Notes: generated from the sequence alone by a model not told the origin. A stretch of 41,665 bases of DNA from Albidovulum sp. (GCA_049680345.1 JBAUHP010000007.1:1-41665); one strand, 5' to 3'. Positions 1-9,037 are shown, numbered from the stretch's first letter. Made by a program: numbers and translations.

Positions 1-15
1 AGGCGGGTCATTGGG

Positions 16-810
16 TCAGGCGATCTTGCGCAGATGCTTGCCGGGATGCTTGAAGATCTGACCGAAGCCCTCCAACTCATCCATGATCCCCGCACGGCGC
101 AGGCACGACCAGAACTGCGCCTGATTGGAGGTGATGACCGGCTTGCCTGTGGCCTTCTCGATTTCCGTGACCGCCTCAAGCGATCGCACCCCACCGCAGC
201 TGAGGAAGATCACATCGGCGTCGGGCCGGTCGATTTCCAGCGCGAATTTCTTCCAGTAGGCGGGTGTGACCAGACCCATGTCCCAGCCGCTGGCAATGTT
301 CAGCCCCTGAATGTCAAGGACGTCAAAGCCGCGCTCGACCAGAAACTCGGCTTCGGCGGTGTTGATCTCGTCAAGATACGGTGTGCCGACCACCAGCTTT
401 TTGGCCCCCAGTTCGTGCAATGCGTCAAGAACCCCCTGCACAAGACACATCGGCTGCGCCCAGGGCGCCCCCTTTTTGATCTCTGCCATCACGCGGTCTT
501 CGCCGATCACGATAGAGCCTGAGGTGCAACTGTAGCTGACGACATCGGGTTGCGCCTCGGGCTGGATCCGTGACGCGGCATCGGCCATATGCTCGATATG
601 AGCCGCGAGCGTTTCGGTCGTCGTGTGATCGTCGGTCTTCAGCCGCGTGACGTAGACCGCGACACCTTCCGGGGCCATATCCCAAAAGTCGCCCTCGGCC
701 GACGGGTCGGTCGACATCAAGATGAACCCAAGCTTGGCGCGGTGATGGCGGCCACCGTCCATTTCGGGCGAACGTGATTTTGATTGAATGGTTTGGCCAG
801 ACTCGAACAT
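16..810 (-). CDS. Asp/Glu racemase / maleate isomerase / AMDase family protein (EutA-like)
   Basis: Two family cysteine motifs SYSCTSGS and FLSCGG, plus TPY and KPVITSNQA. ATG at 810 overlaps the upstream TGA (TGATG); AGGAGG at 821-826 on the minus strand. Confidence 0.85.
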   Translation of the reverse strand: MFESGQTIQSKSRSPEMDGGRHHRAKLGFILMSTDPSAEGDFWDMAPEGVAVYVTRLKTDDHTTTETLAAHIEHMADAASRIQPEAQPDVVSYSCTSGSIVIGEDRVMAEIKKGAPWAQPMCLVQGVLDALHELGAKKLVVGTPYLDEINTAEAEFLVERGFDVLDIQGLNIASGWDMGLVTPAYWKKFALEIDRPDADVIFLSCGGVRSLEAVTEIEKATGKPVITSNQAQFWSCLRRAGIMDELEGFGQIFKHPGKHLRKIA

Positions 811-1952
811 CAAAGAACGACCTCCTCAACGGATTTCGGGTGGCTGGTTAACGGCTCCCAGCCGGTTTCGGTGATGATGAAACTGTCGCCGACCTGCGCG
901 CGGAAGGTTTCAACCGAGACGGAACCATCGACGGCAAAGACCATGCCCGGCTGGATGATGGTCTTGTCGCCGGTGACAAGCTGGGGCGCCTCAAGAAAGC
1001 TGAAGCCCGTGGCGCGACCGCAGCGGAACGGAAATTCATACCCCGCGTCCTGAATGACCTCGGCATAGGCGGCATGGACGCTTTCGGCGGTCACGCCGGG
1101 TTTGAGTGCCTCTAGCGCGGCCTTCTGGCTGGCCAGCGCAACCTCATAGACCGCGACCTGATCCGCGGGCGCGTCACCAATCCAAAAAGTGCGGTCGAAG
1201 CCAAGCTTGAAACGGTGGAAGTTGGTCATGCCGCAAAAGCAAAGGAAGACCGGCTCGCCCAGGCACATGATGCGGGTCGAGGCGCGGTGATGGGTCTTGA
1301 TGATGTCGCGGCCCGAGGCCATGATTTGCAAGAAATGCGTGTTGGGCGACATGTCGGTATCATCGTAATGCGCGGCCAGAAGTTCGGCGGCCTTGCGGGT
1401 GCCGGCCTGCGACGTGGCAATCGCCACCTCGAATTCCGGTACGCCGTCACCGATCGCCGCGCGCCCCGCCGCCATCATAGCAGTCGCGACCTGTCCGGCA
1501 TGACGGGCAAGCTGCAATTCCTCGGCCGACTTGATCATCCGCATGTCGTTCAGGATCGGCGTCGCGCTGGTCAGCTTTTCCTTTCCGACCAGTTCATCGA
1601 CATAGGCGCGGACAAGCGGCGGCATGTGGCCGGGCTCGATCCCGACCTTGCCCGCGCCTTTGATCGCCTCTGGCAATTCCTCGCGCCATTCCTTGCCCAT
1701 GCCATCGTTCCAGGGCGCGATGCGGTCGACCCGCGCCGCCGACTTCGCGGAGTTGAGGTCAATTGTCGGCGTGATCAGGAGTGAGGGACCATCCTTCGGT
1801 ACCACAAGGATCGTCGGGCGGCCGAATTCCATATGCAGGTAATCGTAGTAGCCTGTCAGGTAGTAGAGGTTGTCGTCGTCGGTGATCAGTGCCACATCAA
1901 TGCCGGCCTCAGCCAGTCTGGTCTGAAAACGAGACAGTCTTTCGGTAAACAT
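810..1952 (-). CDS. M24 (pita-bread fold) hydrolase, creatinase/Xaa-Pro peptidase/ectoine hydrolase-like, lacking canonical metal ligands
   Basis: Creatinase_N-type start (NLYYLTGY, FGRP), R-x-IKS-x-EE linker, DRTF, PGMVFAV. Start moved to ATG 1952, which has GAGGAG upstream. Confidence 0.85.
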   Translation of the reverse strand: MFTERLSRFQTRLAEAGIDVALITDDDNLYYLTGYYDYLHMEFGRPTILVVPKDGPSLLITPTIDLNSAKSAARVDRIAPWNDGMGKEWREELPEAIKGAGKVGIEPGHMPPLVRAYVDELVGKEKLTSATPILNDMRMIKSAEELQLARHAGQVATAMMAAGRAAIGDGVPEFEVAIATSQAGTRKAAELLAAHYDDTDMSPNTHFLQIMASGRDIIKTHHRASTRIMCLGEPVFLCFCGMTNFHRFKLGFDRTFWIGDAPADQVAVYEVALASQKAALEALKPGVTAESVHAAYAEVIQDAGYEFPFRCGRATGFSFLEAPQLVTGDKTIIQPGMVFAVDGSVSVETFRAQVGDSFIITETGWEPLTSHPKSVEEVVL

Positions 1953-2068
1953 CAGCCATCTCCTCGGGCGTTCGGTTTTCTGAGGCCAATGCCACAGATG
2001 TGCCGAATGATGTGTCACACTACGATCGCAACCGGCGTTTCCAAAGTGACATCTGCTGTGGCTTTATG

Positions 2069-2083
2069 ATAACCATGGGTTAT
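2069..2083. promoter_or_regulatory. LysR-type recognition box (T-N11-A) overlapping the LysR start codon
   Basis: Perfect dyad ATAAC-CATGG-GTTAT in the divergent intergenic region, covering ATG 2082. Confidence 0.65.
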
Positions 2084-2960
2084 GAAAAACTTTCGCCGCT
2101 CCCTTCCGCCCCTCGACTATCTTGTGTTTTTCGAGGCCGTTGCGCGGCATGGCAGCTTCACCAGCGCCGCGCGTGAGTTGAACGTCAGCCAGGCTGCGGT
2201 CAGCAAGCGCATGAAGGTGCTGGAGGAATGGCTGGGACTCCCGCTTTTGCACCGGAGCGGGCGCAATATAAGCCTGTCACGCTCTGGCAAAACGTTGGCG
2301 ACGAACACGACAGAGGCGCTGGAATATCTGAATGCCTGCCTTCAGCAGATGCGCCGGACGACCAGTGGAGAGCGGCTGTCTCTGGCCGCGAATGTCGCCG
2401 TTGCGCAATATTGGCTGACGCCACGCATCAACGAATACCTGCTTGGCCCGAACGCCGCCCCGGTCACGCTGACAGCCACGGACAAGGATGCCGACCTGTT
2501 CGCGTTAGAGATTGATGCGCTCATCTATTACGGCGCTGACATTCCCGCAGGTTGGGATGGCGCGACCCTGTTCGAAGAAGTTTGGCTGCCGGTCGCAGCA
2601 CCGTCTTTGCTTGCGTCGACCGGGGGGTTTGGTGGCGCGACGCTTCTGGATTTCGATAAGTTGACGCCGAAATGGGTCAACTGGGGCGATTTTACAGAGC
2701 TGACCGGAAGGCTGGAAATCGCACAAGCGCCGAAGGTGAACCTGCGCTCCTATAGCAGCACGCTTGATACTGCGATCCGGGGGCGGGGCATCGCGCTTGG
2801 CTGCCCGGACGTGCTGCAATTTGAGATCGAGGCCGGTCGGCTGGTGCCGCTTGCAGACTATCAGCTCAAAACCGGGCGCCGCTACTTCGTGATCTGGCGC
2901 ACCGGCTCCTTGTCCGACCGGGCGCGTGACCTTCTGCGAGAGGTCGGGATCCGGGTCTGA
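2082..2960 (+). CDS. LysR family transcriptional regulator (GcvA-like)
   Basis: LPPLDYLVFFEAVARHGSFTSAARELNVSQAAVSKR helix-turn-helix; divergent from the hydrolase-racemase pair. Confidence 0.95.
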   Translation: MKNFRRSLPPLDYLVFFEAVARHGSFTSAARELNVSQAAVSKRMKVLEEWLGLPLLHRSGRNISLSRSGKTLATNTTEALEYLNACLQQMRRTTSGERLSLAANVAVAQYWLTPRINEYLLGPNAAPVTLTATDKDADLFALEIDALIYYGADIPAGWDGATLFEEVWLPVAAPSLLASTGGFGGATLLDFDKLTPKWVNWGDFTELTGRLEIAQAPKVNLRSYSSTLDTAIRGRGIALGCPDVLQFEIEAGRLVPLADYQLKTGRRYFVIWRTGSLSDRARDLLREVGIRV

Positions 2961-2975
2961 ATCCCGAAAGACAGA

Positions 2976-3797
2976 TCAGACGGCTTCCTTGACCGCGCTC
3001 AAGAACTGCTGCGTCCGTTCCTTTTGGGGATTGCCGAACAGATCGGCAGGCGCGCCCTGCTCTTCGATCTTGCCGCCGTAGAAAAAGCAGACCCGGTCCG
3101 AGATATCACGGGCGAAGCCCATCTGGTGAGTGACCATCAGCATTGTGAGGTTGTGCTCGGATACCAGTTTGCGGATGACGTTCGTCACCTCGCCGATGAC
3201 CTCGGGGTCAAGCGCCGATGTCACCTCGTCAAACAGCATCACCTTGGGCCGCATAGCCAGCGCCCGGGCAATCGCCACGCGTTGTTGCTGCCCCCCCGAC
3301 AGGCGCGAGGGGTGCTGATCCTTCTTGGCGATCATACCGACCAGCTCCAGCAATTCCTCGGAACGATCACGCGCCTCGGCCTTGGAGATGCCCAGCACCT
3401 GAACCGGCCCCTCCATACAGTTTTCAAGCGCGGTCATATGCGGGAAAAGGTTGAAGTGTTGAAAGCACATGCCGATATCGGCGCGACGTTCACGCAGGTG
3501 GTGCTGATTTGCGGGCACCAGCTTGCCGCCCTTCGGCATATGGGTCAGCGGTTTGCCATCGACATAGATGACACCCTGGTTGATCTGCTCTAGCGTCATC
3601 AGCATGCGCAAAACTGTGGTCTTACCCGACCCGGAAGGGCCGATGATCGACACCATCTCACCTGCTGCGACATCCAGATCGAGGTCATCAAGAACAACCA
3701 ACGGACCGTAAGCCTTGCGGACCTTGCGAAAGCTGACCATCGGTTTCTGTTCGCCGGTGATTTCCAGCGGATATCCGGACATATCTTCCATTTTCAC
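2976..3797 (-). CDS. ehuA: Polar amino acid ABC transporter ATP-binding subunit, EhuA-like
   Basis: Walker A GPSGSGKTT, LSGGQQQRVAIARALAM, FDEVTSALDPE; GTGA overlap with the upstream permease. Confidence 0.85.
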   Translation of the reverse strand: MKMEDMSGYPLEITGEQKPMVSFRKVRKAYGPLVVLDDLDLDVAAGEMVSIIGPSGSGKTTVLRMLMTLEQINQGVIYVDGKPLTHMPKGGKLVPANQHHLRERRADIGMCFQHFNLFPHMTALENCMEGPVQVLGISKAEARDRSEELLELVGMIAKKDQHPSRLSGGQQQRVAIARALAMRPKVMLFDEVTSALDPEVIGEVTNVIRKLVSEHNLTMLMVTHQMGFARDISDRVCFFYGGKIEEQGAPADLFGNPQKERTQQFLSAVKEAV

Positions 3798-4459
3798 ATT
3801 CCCAGTCTGCGGCGCACATACCCCTCGAAGGCCCGGATAAGGCCAGCGGAAGGCAGGGAGATCGCCAGAAAAATAAGGCCGACCAAAGTGTAGGGTTCAA
3901 GAAAACGATATTTTTCAGACCCGATGGCATTGGCGGTGTGGATCAGCTCGGCCACCCCGATGACCGAAAGCATCGGCGTATCCTTGAAGATGCCGACCAG
4001 ATAGTTGCCCATCCCCGCCAGTGCAGGCGGAATGGCCTGCGGGATGACAACCCGCTTGTAGGTTTGCACTATCGTCATATTCAGCGCCGTCGCCGCTTCC
4101 CACTGGCCTTTCGGCACGCTTTCGATGCCGCCACGGTAGACCTCGGCCATATAGCACGAATAATGCAGCCCGATGGCGATCATGCCCGACACCCATGGGC
4201 TGAGCCGGATGCCGAATTGCGGGCCGACATAGAAGATGAAGAAGATCTGCAGCAAAAGAGGGGTCGAGCGGATGAACTCCAGCACCTCACGCGTCACGAA
4301 GGTCAAGACACGGTAGGGCGTGCGCTGCGCCAGGGCAAAGACCAGCCCGACCACCAGCGCGATTGCGTAACCGGCACCTGCCGCCATCAGCGTATTGCCC
4401 GTCGCCCACAACAGCCGTGGCAGGATTTCCCAGGTAAAGTCCCATTTCCAGTCGAACAT
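3794..4459 (-). CDS. ehuD: ABC transporter permease, EhuD-like
   Basis: WDFTWEILP start, EFIRSTPLLLQ, GLHYS, EVYRGGI-x-SVPKGQWEA, FKDTP. Confidence 0.8.
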   Translation of the reverse strand: MFDWKWDFTWEILPRLLWATGNTLMAAGAGYAIALVVGLVFALAQRTPYRVLTFVTREVLEFIRSTPLLLQIFFIFYVGPQFGIRLSPWVSGMIAIGLHYSCYMAEVYRGGIESVPKGQWEAATALNMTIVQTYKRVVIPQAIPPALAGMGNYLVGIFKDTPMLSVIGVAELIHTANAIGSEKYRFLEPYTLVGLIFLAISLPSAGLIRAFEGYVRRRLGM

Positions 4460-4462
4460 TGC

Positions 4463-5128
4463 TCAGGCCCTCCCCATCTTGCGGGCCATGAAACGTTCCA
4501 GCCAGCGCATGAAGGGCGTGAGCAGGAACCGGGCCAGAATATAGTAGATCATCAGTGCGACGCCGAAGATTTCAGCCGACATGAAGGTGCTGGCATTGAT
4601 CTGCTTGGCCTGAAACATCAGGTCCGTGACCGAGATAAGAGAGACCAGCGCGGTCCCTTTCAAAAGCTCGATCATCAGGTTGCCCCAGGGCGGCAGCATA
4701 TTGACCAGAGCTTGCGGCAGGATGATCCGCCACATCCGTTTGGCCGGGCTCATGTTAATGGCAAGGGCCGCTTCCCACTGGCCCTTCGGCACCGCCAGAA
4801 TGCCGCCCCGCACCAGTTCGGCCCCATAGGCGCCTATATTCATCCCAACCGCCAGATATCCGGCGGTGAACTTCTCAACCGTTATTCCGAAAAGCGGCAG
4901 GACAAAGAAGATCCAGTAAAGTTGCACCAAAAGCGAGGTGCCGCGAAAAATCTCAATATAGGTGATGGCGGACCAGCGCAGCGCCTTGTTCTCAGAAAGC
5001 TTGAGCAGACCCATCACAAGCGAGATCGCGATCCCAAGCACAGCCGCAAGCAGGAACTGTGCGATGGTGATCCCGGTACCCGACAAAAGCCGCGGCCAGT
5101 ACTGAGCGATGAAATCGAAAAGTGTCAT
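4463..5128 (-). CDS. ehuC: ABC transporter permease, EhuC-like
   Basis: YIEIFRGTSLLVQLYWIFFVLP, GAYGAELVRG, ELLKGTALVSLI. Confidence 0.8.
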   Translation of the reverse strand: MTLFDFIAQYWPRLLSGTGITIAQFLLAAVLGIAISLVMGLLKLSENKALRWSAITYIEIFRGTSLLVQLYWIFFVLPLFGITVEKFTAGYLAVGMNIGAYGAELVRGGILAVPKGQWEAALAINMSPAKRMWRIILPQALVNMLPPWGNLMIELLKGTALVSLISVTDLMFQAKQINASTFMSAEIFGVALMIYYILARFLLTPFMRWLERFMARKMGRA

Positions 5129-5152
5129 GGCCTGCCCGCATCACCTGAAGTT

Positions 5153-5186
5153 AAAAAAGCGGCGGCGGGCCCGACAGGCCCGCCGC
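5153..5186 (-). terminator. Intra-operon stem-loop with U-tract after the binding-protein gene
   Basis: GCGGCGGGCC-CGACA-GGCCCGCCGC (10-bp stem) with an A6 run at 5153-5158, read as U6 on the minus-strand mRNA. Confidence 0.7.
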
Positions 5187-5206
5187 AGAAATCACAAAGA
5201 ATGACC

Positions 5207-6052
5207 TTAGCGGTTTTCGCAGACCCATGCGGCGGTTACGTCACCGGGCAGGTGGTCTTTGGTGTACTCGTTCGCGGCCACTTTTTCGAGCATGGCGTCG
5301 GTGCCGATATAGGCATGCATCGCCTCATTGAACTTCGCCAGAAATTCCCCGTCCTCGTGACGGAACCCGATACCGGCCCAGTTCTTGGTCCATTCCGGCA
5401 TTTTCGCCAGATCGCCCAGTTCCAGTTCGCCACCGGATTCGTGGGCAAGATGCGACGCCTCGAAGTAGGTCAGAACACCCGCGTCGGCGCGGCCCGATTT
5501 CACGGCTGCCATAATCTCGGTTGGGCCCGGGACCTGCATCAGCTTGTCATCGGTGACCCCGACTTTCTTGGCGGCCTCAACGGTGTTGTAGCCAGCACCA
5601 GTTACCAGGATCGATCCGGAATTGACGATGTCTTCGTAGTTGTTGATAGCCTTGGGGTTGCCGGTGGGCACAAGGAAGGCATCGCTGAAGTTGCCGACCG
5701 GGTCCGAAAAGGACACGTTTTCGCAGCGCGATTTCAGAATATACATCCCGCCGGTGATCATGTCATAGCGGCCAGCCTGAAGGCCGGGGATCAATCCGCC
5801 CCAATCGGTAACGACCGGCTCAATATCGGTGTAACCCATGCTTTTGAGCGTTTCGACGGCGACATCGTTCATGAAGCCGGCCGGGTTGCCGTTCTCATCC
5901 GGGAACGCCCAGATCGGAATGTTGGCAAAGCCGATGCGGATCGACTCGCCCGCTGCAAGACGATCGTCAATCGGGCCAGCTAAAGCGCAAAGCGCGCTTG
6001 CAGCAACGGCAAAGCCGGTTGCCAGGAAAGTTCCGGTTATTTTTCTAAGCAT
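5207..6052 (-). CDS. ehuB: ABC transporter substrate-binding protein, EhuB-like
   Basis: Signal peptide, IPGLQAGRYDMITGGMY, RC-x-x-V-x-FSDP, GNPK, GFR, and a C-terminal Cys typical of EhuB-family binding proteins. Confidence 0.75.
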   Translation of the reverse strand: MLRKITGTFLATGFAVAASALCALAGPIDDRLAAGESIRIGFANIPIWAFPDENGNPAGFMNDVAVETLKSMGYTDIEPVVTDWGGLIPGLQAGRYDMITGGMYILKSRCENVSFSDPVGNFSDAFLVPTGNPKAINNYEDIVNSGSILVTGAGYNTVEAAKKVGVTDDKLMQVPGPTEIMAAVKSGRADAGVLTYFEASHLAHESGGELELGDLAKMPEWTKNWAGIGFRHEDGEFLAKFNEAMHAYIGTDAMLEKVAANEYTKDHLPGDVTAAWVCENR

Positions 6053-6308
6053 TGTTACCTCCGTGCCATTGTTGGAAGGGAATGCGCAGATGACTCGCTG
6101 CTGGGAGCATTGAGGGAAACCGACAAGGACGAAACCAACCCTTCAGGCCCGGTACCGCCATATTGTCAGATCCCAAAAATCCACCGAGTGTGTCTACCGC
6201 CTCCCCCGCCGCCAATGATAGTGAGTATACACGAATTTTCCCGTCATACTGGGCGGTTTCACGACAAAAAAAGTTGCATCAAGCCCGTTTTTTGATCTTT
6301 ATGCGATA

Positions 6309-6758
6309 ATGGACACCAAAGACCTCGAGATACTCAAGCTCATACAGTCGAACGCCCGTTTAACAGCGGAGGCACTTGGCTTTGAGGTGGGGCTTTCCCC
6401 CCCCGCCGTTCAAAAACGCCTGAAAAAGCTGCGTGAAACAGGCGTGATCGAAGGCGAAATCGCGGTACTCTCGCCATCCAAGCTCGGACGGGAAATGACG
6501 GTTATCGTGCAGGTCATGCTGGAAAGGGAGAATCGCAGGCATCTGGATGCCTTTAAGCGGAGGATGCGCAGCGCTGAAGCCGTTCAGCAATGTTACTACG
6601 CTACCGGCGAAGCCGATTTTGTCTTGATCGTCGTGGTTCATGACATCAAGGAATATGAGGAATTCACCCAGAAGTATTTCTTTGACGAGTCCAACGTGAG
6701 CAAGTTCACTTCGTCGATTGTCATGGACCGGATCAAAGTTTCACTCGACATTATCTAG
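6309..6758 (+). CDS. Lrp/AsnC family transcriptional regulator
   Basis: DLEILKLIQSNARLT...VGLSPPAVQKRLKKLRETGVI HTH; VQQCYYATGEADF ligand domain; divergent from ehuB. Confidence 0.95.
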   Translation: MDTKDLEILKLIQSNARLTAEALGFEVGLSPPAVQKRLKKLRETGVIEGEIAVLSPSKLGREMTVIVQVMLERENRRHLDAFKRRMRSAEAVQQCYYATGEADFVLIVVVHDIKEYEEFTQKYFFDESNVSKFTSSIVMDRIKVSLDII

Positions 6759-6857
6759 GCTCAACGATGGGCATGGGACCTGACGCGCTTTCGTTCCACC
6801 CCCGGTGCTCGTTTAAGCCGCCTTCGGTTCGAATGCGACAGGGCTTTTCCATCTTGC

Positions 6858-7020
6858 AAGCCGCGCGAGCAAGTTGATTGAGGTTGCTGGAAATTCGCGA
6901 AGCACCAAGCGCCGCCAGAACTCGCCCAAGCGACAGTCCAGTGGCGTCTTGTTCAAGTTTTGCCCGCTCCTCAAATGTAAGGCGTAAAGAGAAGGGCGAG
7001 GGATGAGGTTGTTGAGCCAT
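6858..7020 (-). pseudogene. mobC: MobC (relaxosome accessory) relic with internal deletion and 3' truncation
   Basis: PFSLRLTFEERAKLE joined directly to LGRVLAALGASRISSNLNQLARAA (MobC NLNQ motif); no relaxase follows. Confidence 0.7.
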
Positions 7021-7104
7021 ATCGGTCATCCATCGGACCCGGTATGGCGGCGAAAACAACTCTCACGATTGAATGTTTAACTAAAACAATCATTAATGCA
7101 TTAC

Positions 7105-7128
7105 GCCCCGCCAAACGCGGGGCTTTTT
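7105..7128 (+). terminator. Rho-independent terminator-like hairpin at the island edge
   Basis: GCCCCGC-CAAAC-GCGGGGC-TTTTT. Confidence 0.65.
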
Positions 7129-7209
7129 GCTGTGCACGTTCCAGGTCAAAATTTGCTCAAGCCCGGCAAATATGAGGGAAATACCCGCCCATTCTTGATC
7201 GCCTTGCCG

Positions 7210-8010
7210 CTATGACGACAAAGGCTCCCATTTGGGGTCGCGTTTTTCGATGAAGGCACTGATCCCTTCATGGGCATCGGGGGCCAACATGTTTTGCACC
7301 ATTACCTCAGAGCAATAACGATAGGCCTCGGGCAAGGGCATCTCCAGCTGCGCATAAAACGCCTGTTTGCCGATGCGCAGGGTGGCCGGGGCCTTGCTTG
7401 CGATCTTGGCGGCAAGTGTCTGGGTCTCCGCCGCAAGCCTGTCGGGGGCAACCACATGGTTGACCAGCCCGATCGCACAAGCATCAGCGGCGGGCAACAG
7501 ATCACCGGTCAGCAGCATTTCCATCGCCGCCTTGCGCGAGACATTGCGCGACAGCGCCACCATCGGGGTTGAGCAAAACAGCCCGATATTCACACCCGGC
7601 GTGGCGAATCGCGCCGTGTCGGCCGCAATCGCCAGATCGCAGCTGGCAACCAGCTGGCACCCCGCCGCCGTGGCAATGCCGTGCACCTGTGCGATCACTG
7701 GTTTGGGGCAATTCACAATCGCCATCATCAACCGCGCACAACGCGCCATCGTGTCGTCAAAGAATGCGGCACCCTTGTCGGCCTGCGACCGGGCGGCGGT
7801 GATTTCCTTCAGATCGTGGCCCGCGCAAAAGCCCGGCCCGTTCGCTGCCAGAATGATCACATGCACCGCATTGTCGGCACCCAGATCGGCGAAGGCCTGA
7901 TACATCCGCTCCAGCATCGCAAGCGACAGGCTGTTGCGCGCCGCAGGCCGGTTCATCGTCAGACGCGCAACCGCACCGTCGCGTTCAATCAGCAAAATGT
8001 CATCATCCAT
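7210..8010 (-). CDS. Enoyl-CoA hydratase/isomerase family protein
   Basis: FCAGHDLKE, PVIAQVHGIATAAGCQLVASCDLA, TPGVNIGLFCSTP. Confidence 0.92.
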   Translation of the reverse strand: MDDDILLIERDGAVARLTMNRPAARNSLSLAMLERMYQAFADLGADNAVHVIILAANGPGFCAGHDLKEITAARSQADKGAAFFDDTMARCARLMMAIVNCPKPVIAQVHGIATAAGCQLVASCDLAIAADTARFATPGVNIGLFCSTPMVALSRNVSRKAAMEMLLTGDLLPAADACAIGLVNHVVAPDRLAAETQTLAAKIASKAPATLRIGKQAFYAQLEMPLPEAYRYCSEVMVQNMLAPDAHEGISAFIEKRDPKWEPLSS

Positions 8011-8068
8011 GGTCGAACCAGCCTTTTGAGATCTGCAATTTTCACAATCTTGTCACCGCAGGGCCGGT

Positions 8069-9037
8069 CTAGGCCCTTAACCCGTCCATCACCTGCACCA
8101 GCTCAGCCGAAATGCCGGGCTCCGAGAGGGCGTGGCCGGCCACCGGAATAAGCCGCAGATCGGCCTGTTTCCAGCCCTGCGCCAGCGTCCAGGCCGACTG
8201 AGGCGGGCAGATCATGTCATAGCGGCCCTGCACGATCACTGCCGGGATATGTTCAATCCGGCCCCGATCGCGCAAGATCTGCCCGTCTTCTTCCAAAAAG
8301 CCCTTATGGGTGAAATAGTGGTTCTCAAGCCGGGCGAAGGCGCGGGCATATTCCGAAGGCGCTTCACCCACCGGCCCGTCATGTTCAATGCTGGCCAGCG
8401 CGTTTTCCCACGCAGCCCAGGCCCGGGCAAAGCGCGCCTCGATCATATTATCGCCCGAAAACAGCCGCTTATGATAGGCGCCGATCAGATCACCACGCTC
8501 ATCTTCCGGAATGATCCCTGAAAACCCGCGCCACAGATCTGGCCAAAAGGCCCCGGCACCGCCGCCGTAGAACCAGTCAAGCTCGCGCTGCATCATCAAG
8601 AAAACACCGCGCAAGATAAGCTGGGTGACCCTGTCGGGATGCGCCTCGGCGTAGATAAGCGCCAGCGTGGCCCCCCAACTGCCGCCAAACACCATCCATG
8701 TGTCGATACCAAGGGCGAGGCGGATCGCCTCTATATCGGCCACAAGATGCGCGGTGGTATTGGCCTCGACCGAGGCATGGGGCCGCGACTTGCCGCAACC
8801 GCGCTGATCGAACAAGACGATGCGGTAAACCGACGGGTCGAAATAACGCCGCATCGCGGGCGAACAGCCGCCCCCCGGCCCGCCATGCAAGACCACGACC
8901 GGCAGCCCATCGGGGTGGCCGCATTGTTCAACATAGATCTTATGGTCGCAGCCCACATCCAGCATCTGCCGGTCGAAGGGTTCGACCTGCGAATAAAGAT
9001 TGGCGCCTGTGCGCTTTTGCCCTGCGATACGGTCCAT
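8069..9037 (-). CDS. pip: Proline iminopeptidase
   Basis: HGGPGGG, FDQRGCG, FGGSWG nucleophile elbow, QGRYDMICP, AGH. Start trimmed to ATG 9037; the longer ORF overlaps ubiG. Confidence 0.93.
   Translation of the reverse strand: MDRIAGQKRTGANLYSQVEPFDRQMLDVGCDHKIYVEQCGHPDGLPVVVLHGGPGGGCSPAMRRYFDPSVYRIVLFDQRGCGKSRPHASVEANTTAHLVADIEAIRLALGIDTWMVFGGSWGATLALIYAEAHPDRVTQLILRGVFLMMQRELDWFYGGGAGAFWPDLWRGFSGIIPEDERGDLIGAYHKRLFSGDNMIEARFARAWAAWENALASIEHDGPVGEAPSEYARAFARLENHYFTHKGFLEEDGQILRDRGRIEHIPAVIVQGRYDMICPPQSAWTLAQGWKQADLRLIPVAGHALSEPGISAELVQVMDGLRA

Larger units (their letters stand above)
1..7128. mobile_element. Right part of a decayed integrative/mobilisable element carrying catabolic cargo (left end outside window)
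   Basis: mobC relic, AT-rich junction at 7054-7103, orphan terminator, and accessory catabolic cargo abutting core genes. Confidence 0.5.

Noticed and set aside
3938..5983. 681-aa plus-strand ORF
   Set aside because: Antisense shadow of ehuB/C/D with no recognisable motifs; expected from high-GC codon bias.
6110..6295. 61-aa ORF with a poly-proline run
   Set aside because: Lies in the divergent ehuB/Lrp promoter region with a TTG start and no other support; probably chance.
7021..7130. Possible tRNA at the island junction
   Set aside because: No cloverleaf or TTCGA T-loop; at most a few bases resembling a tRNA 3' end.
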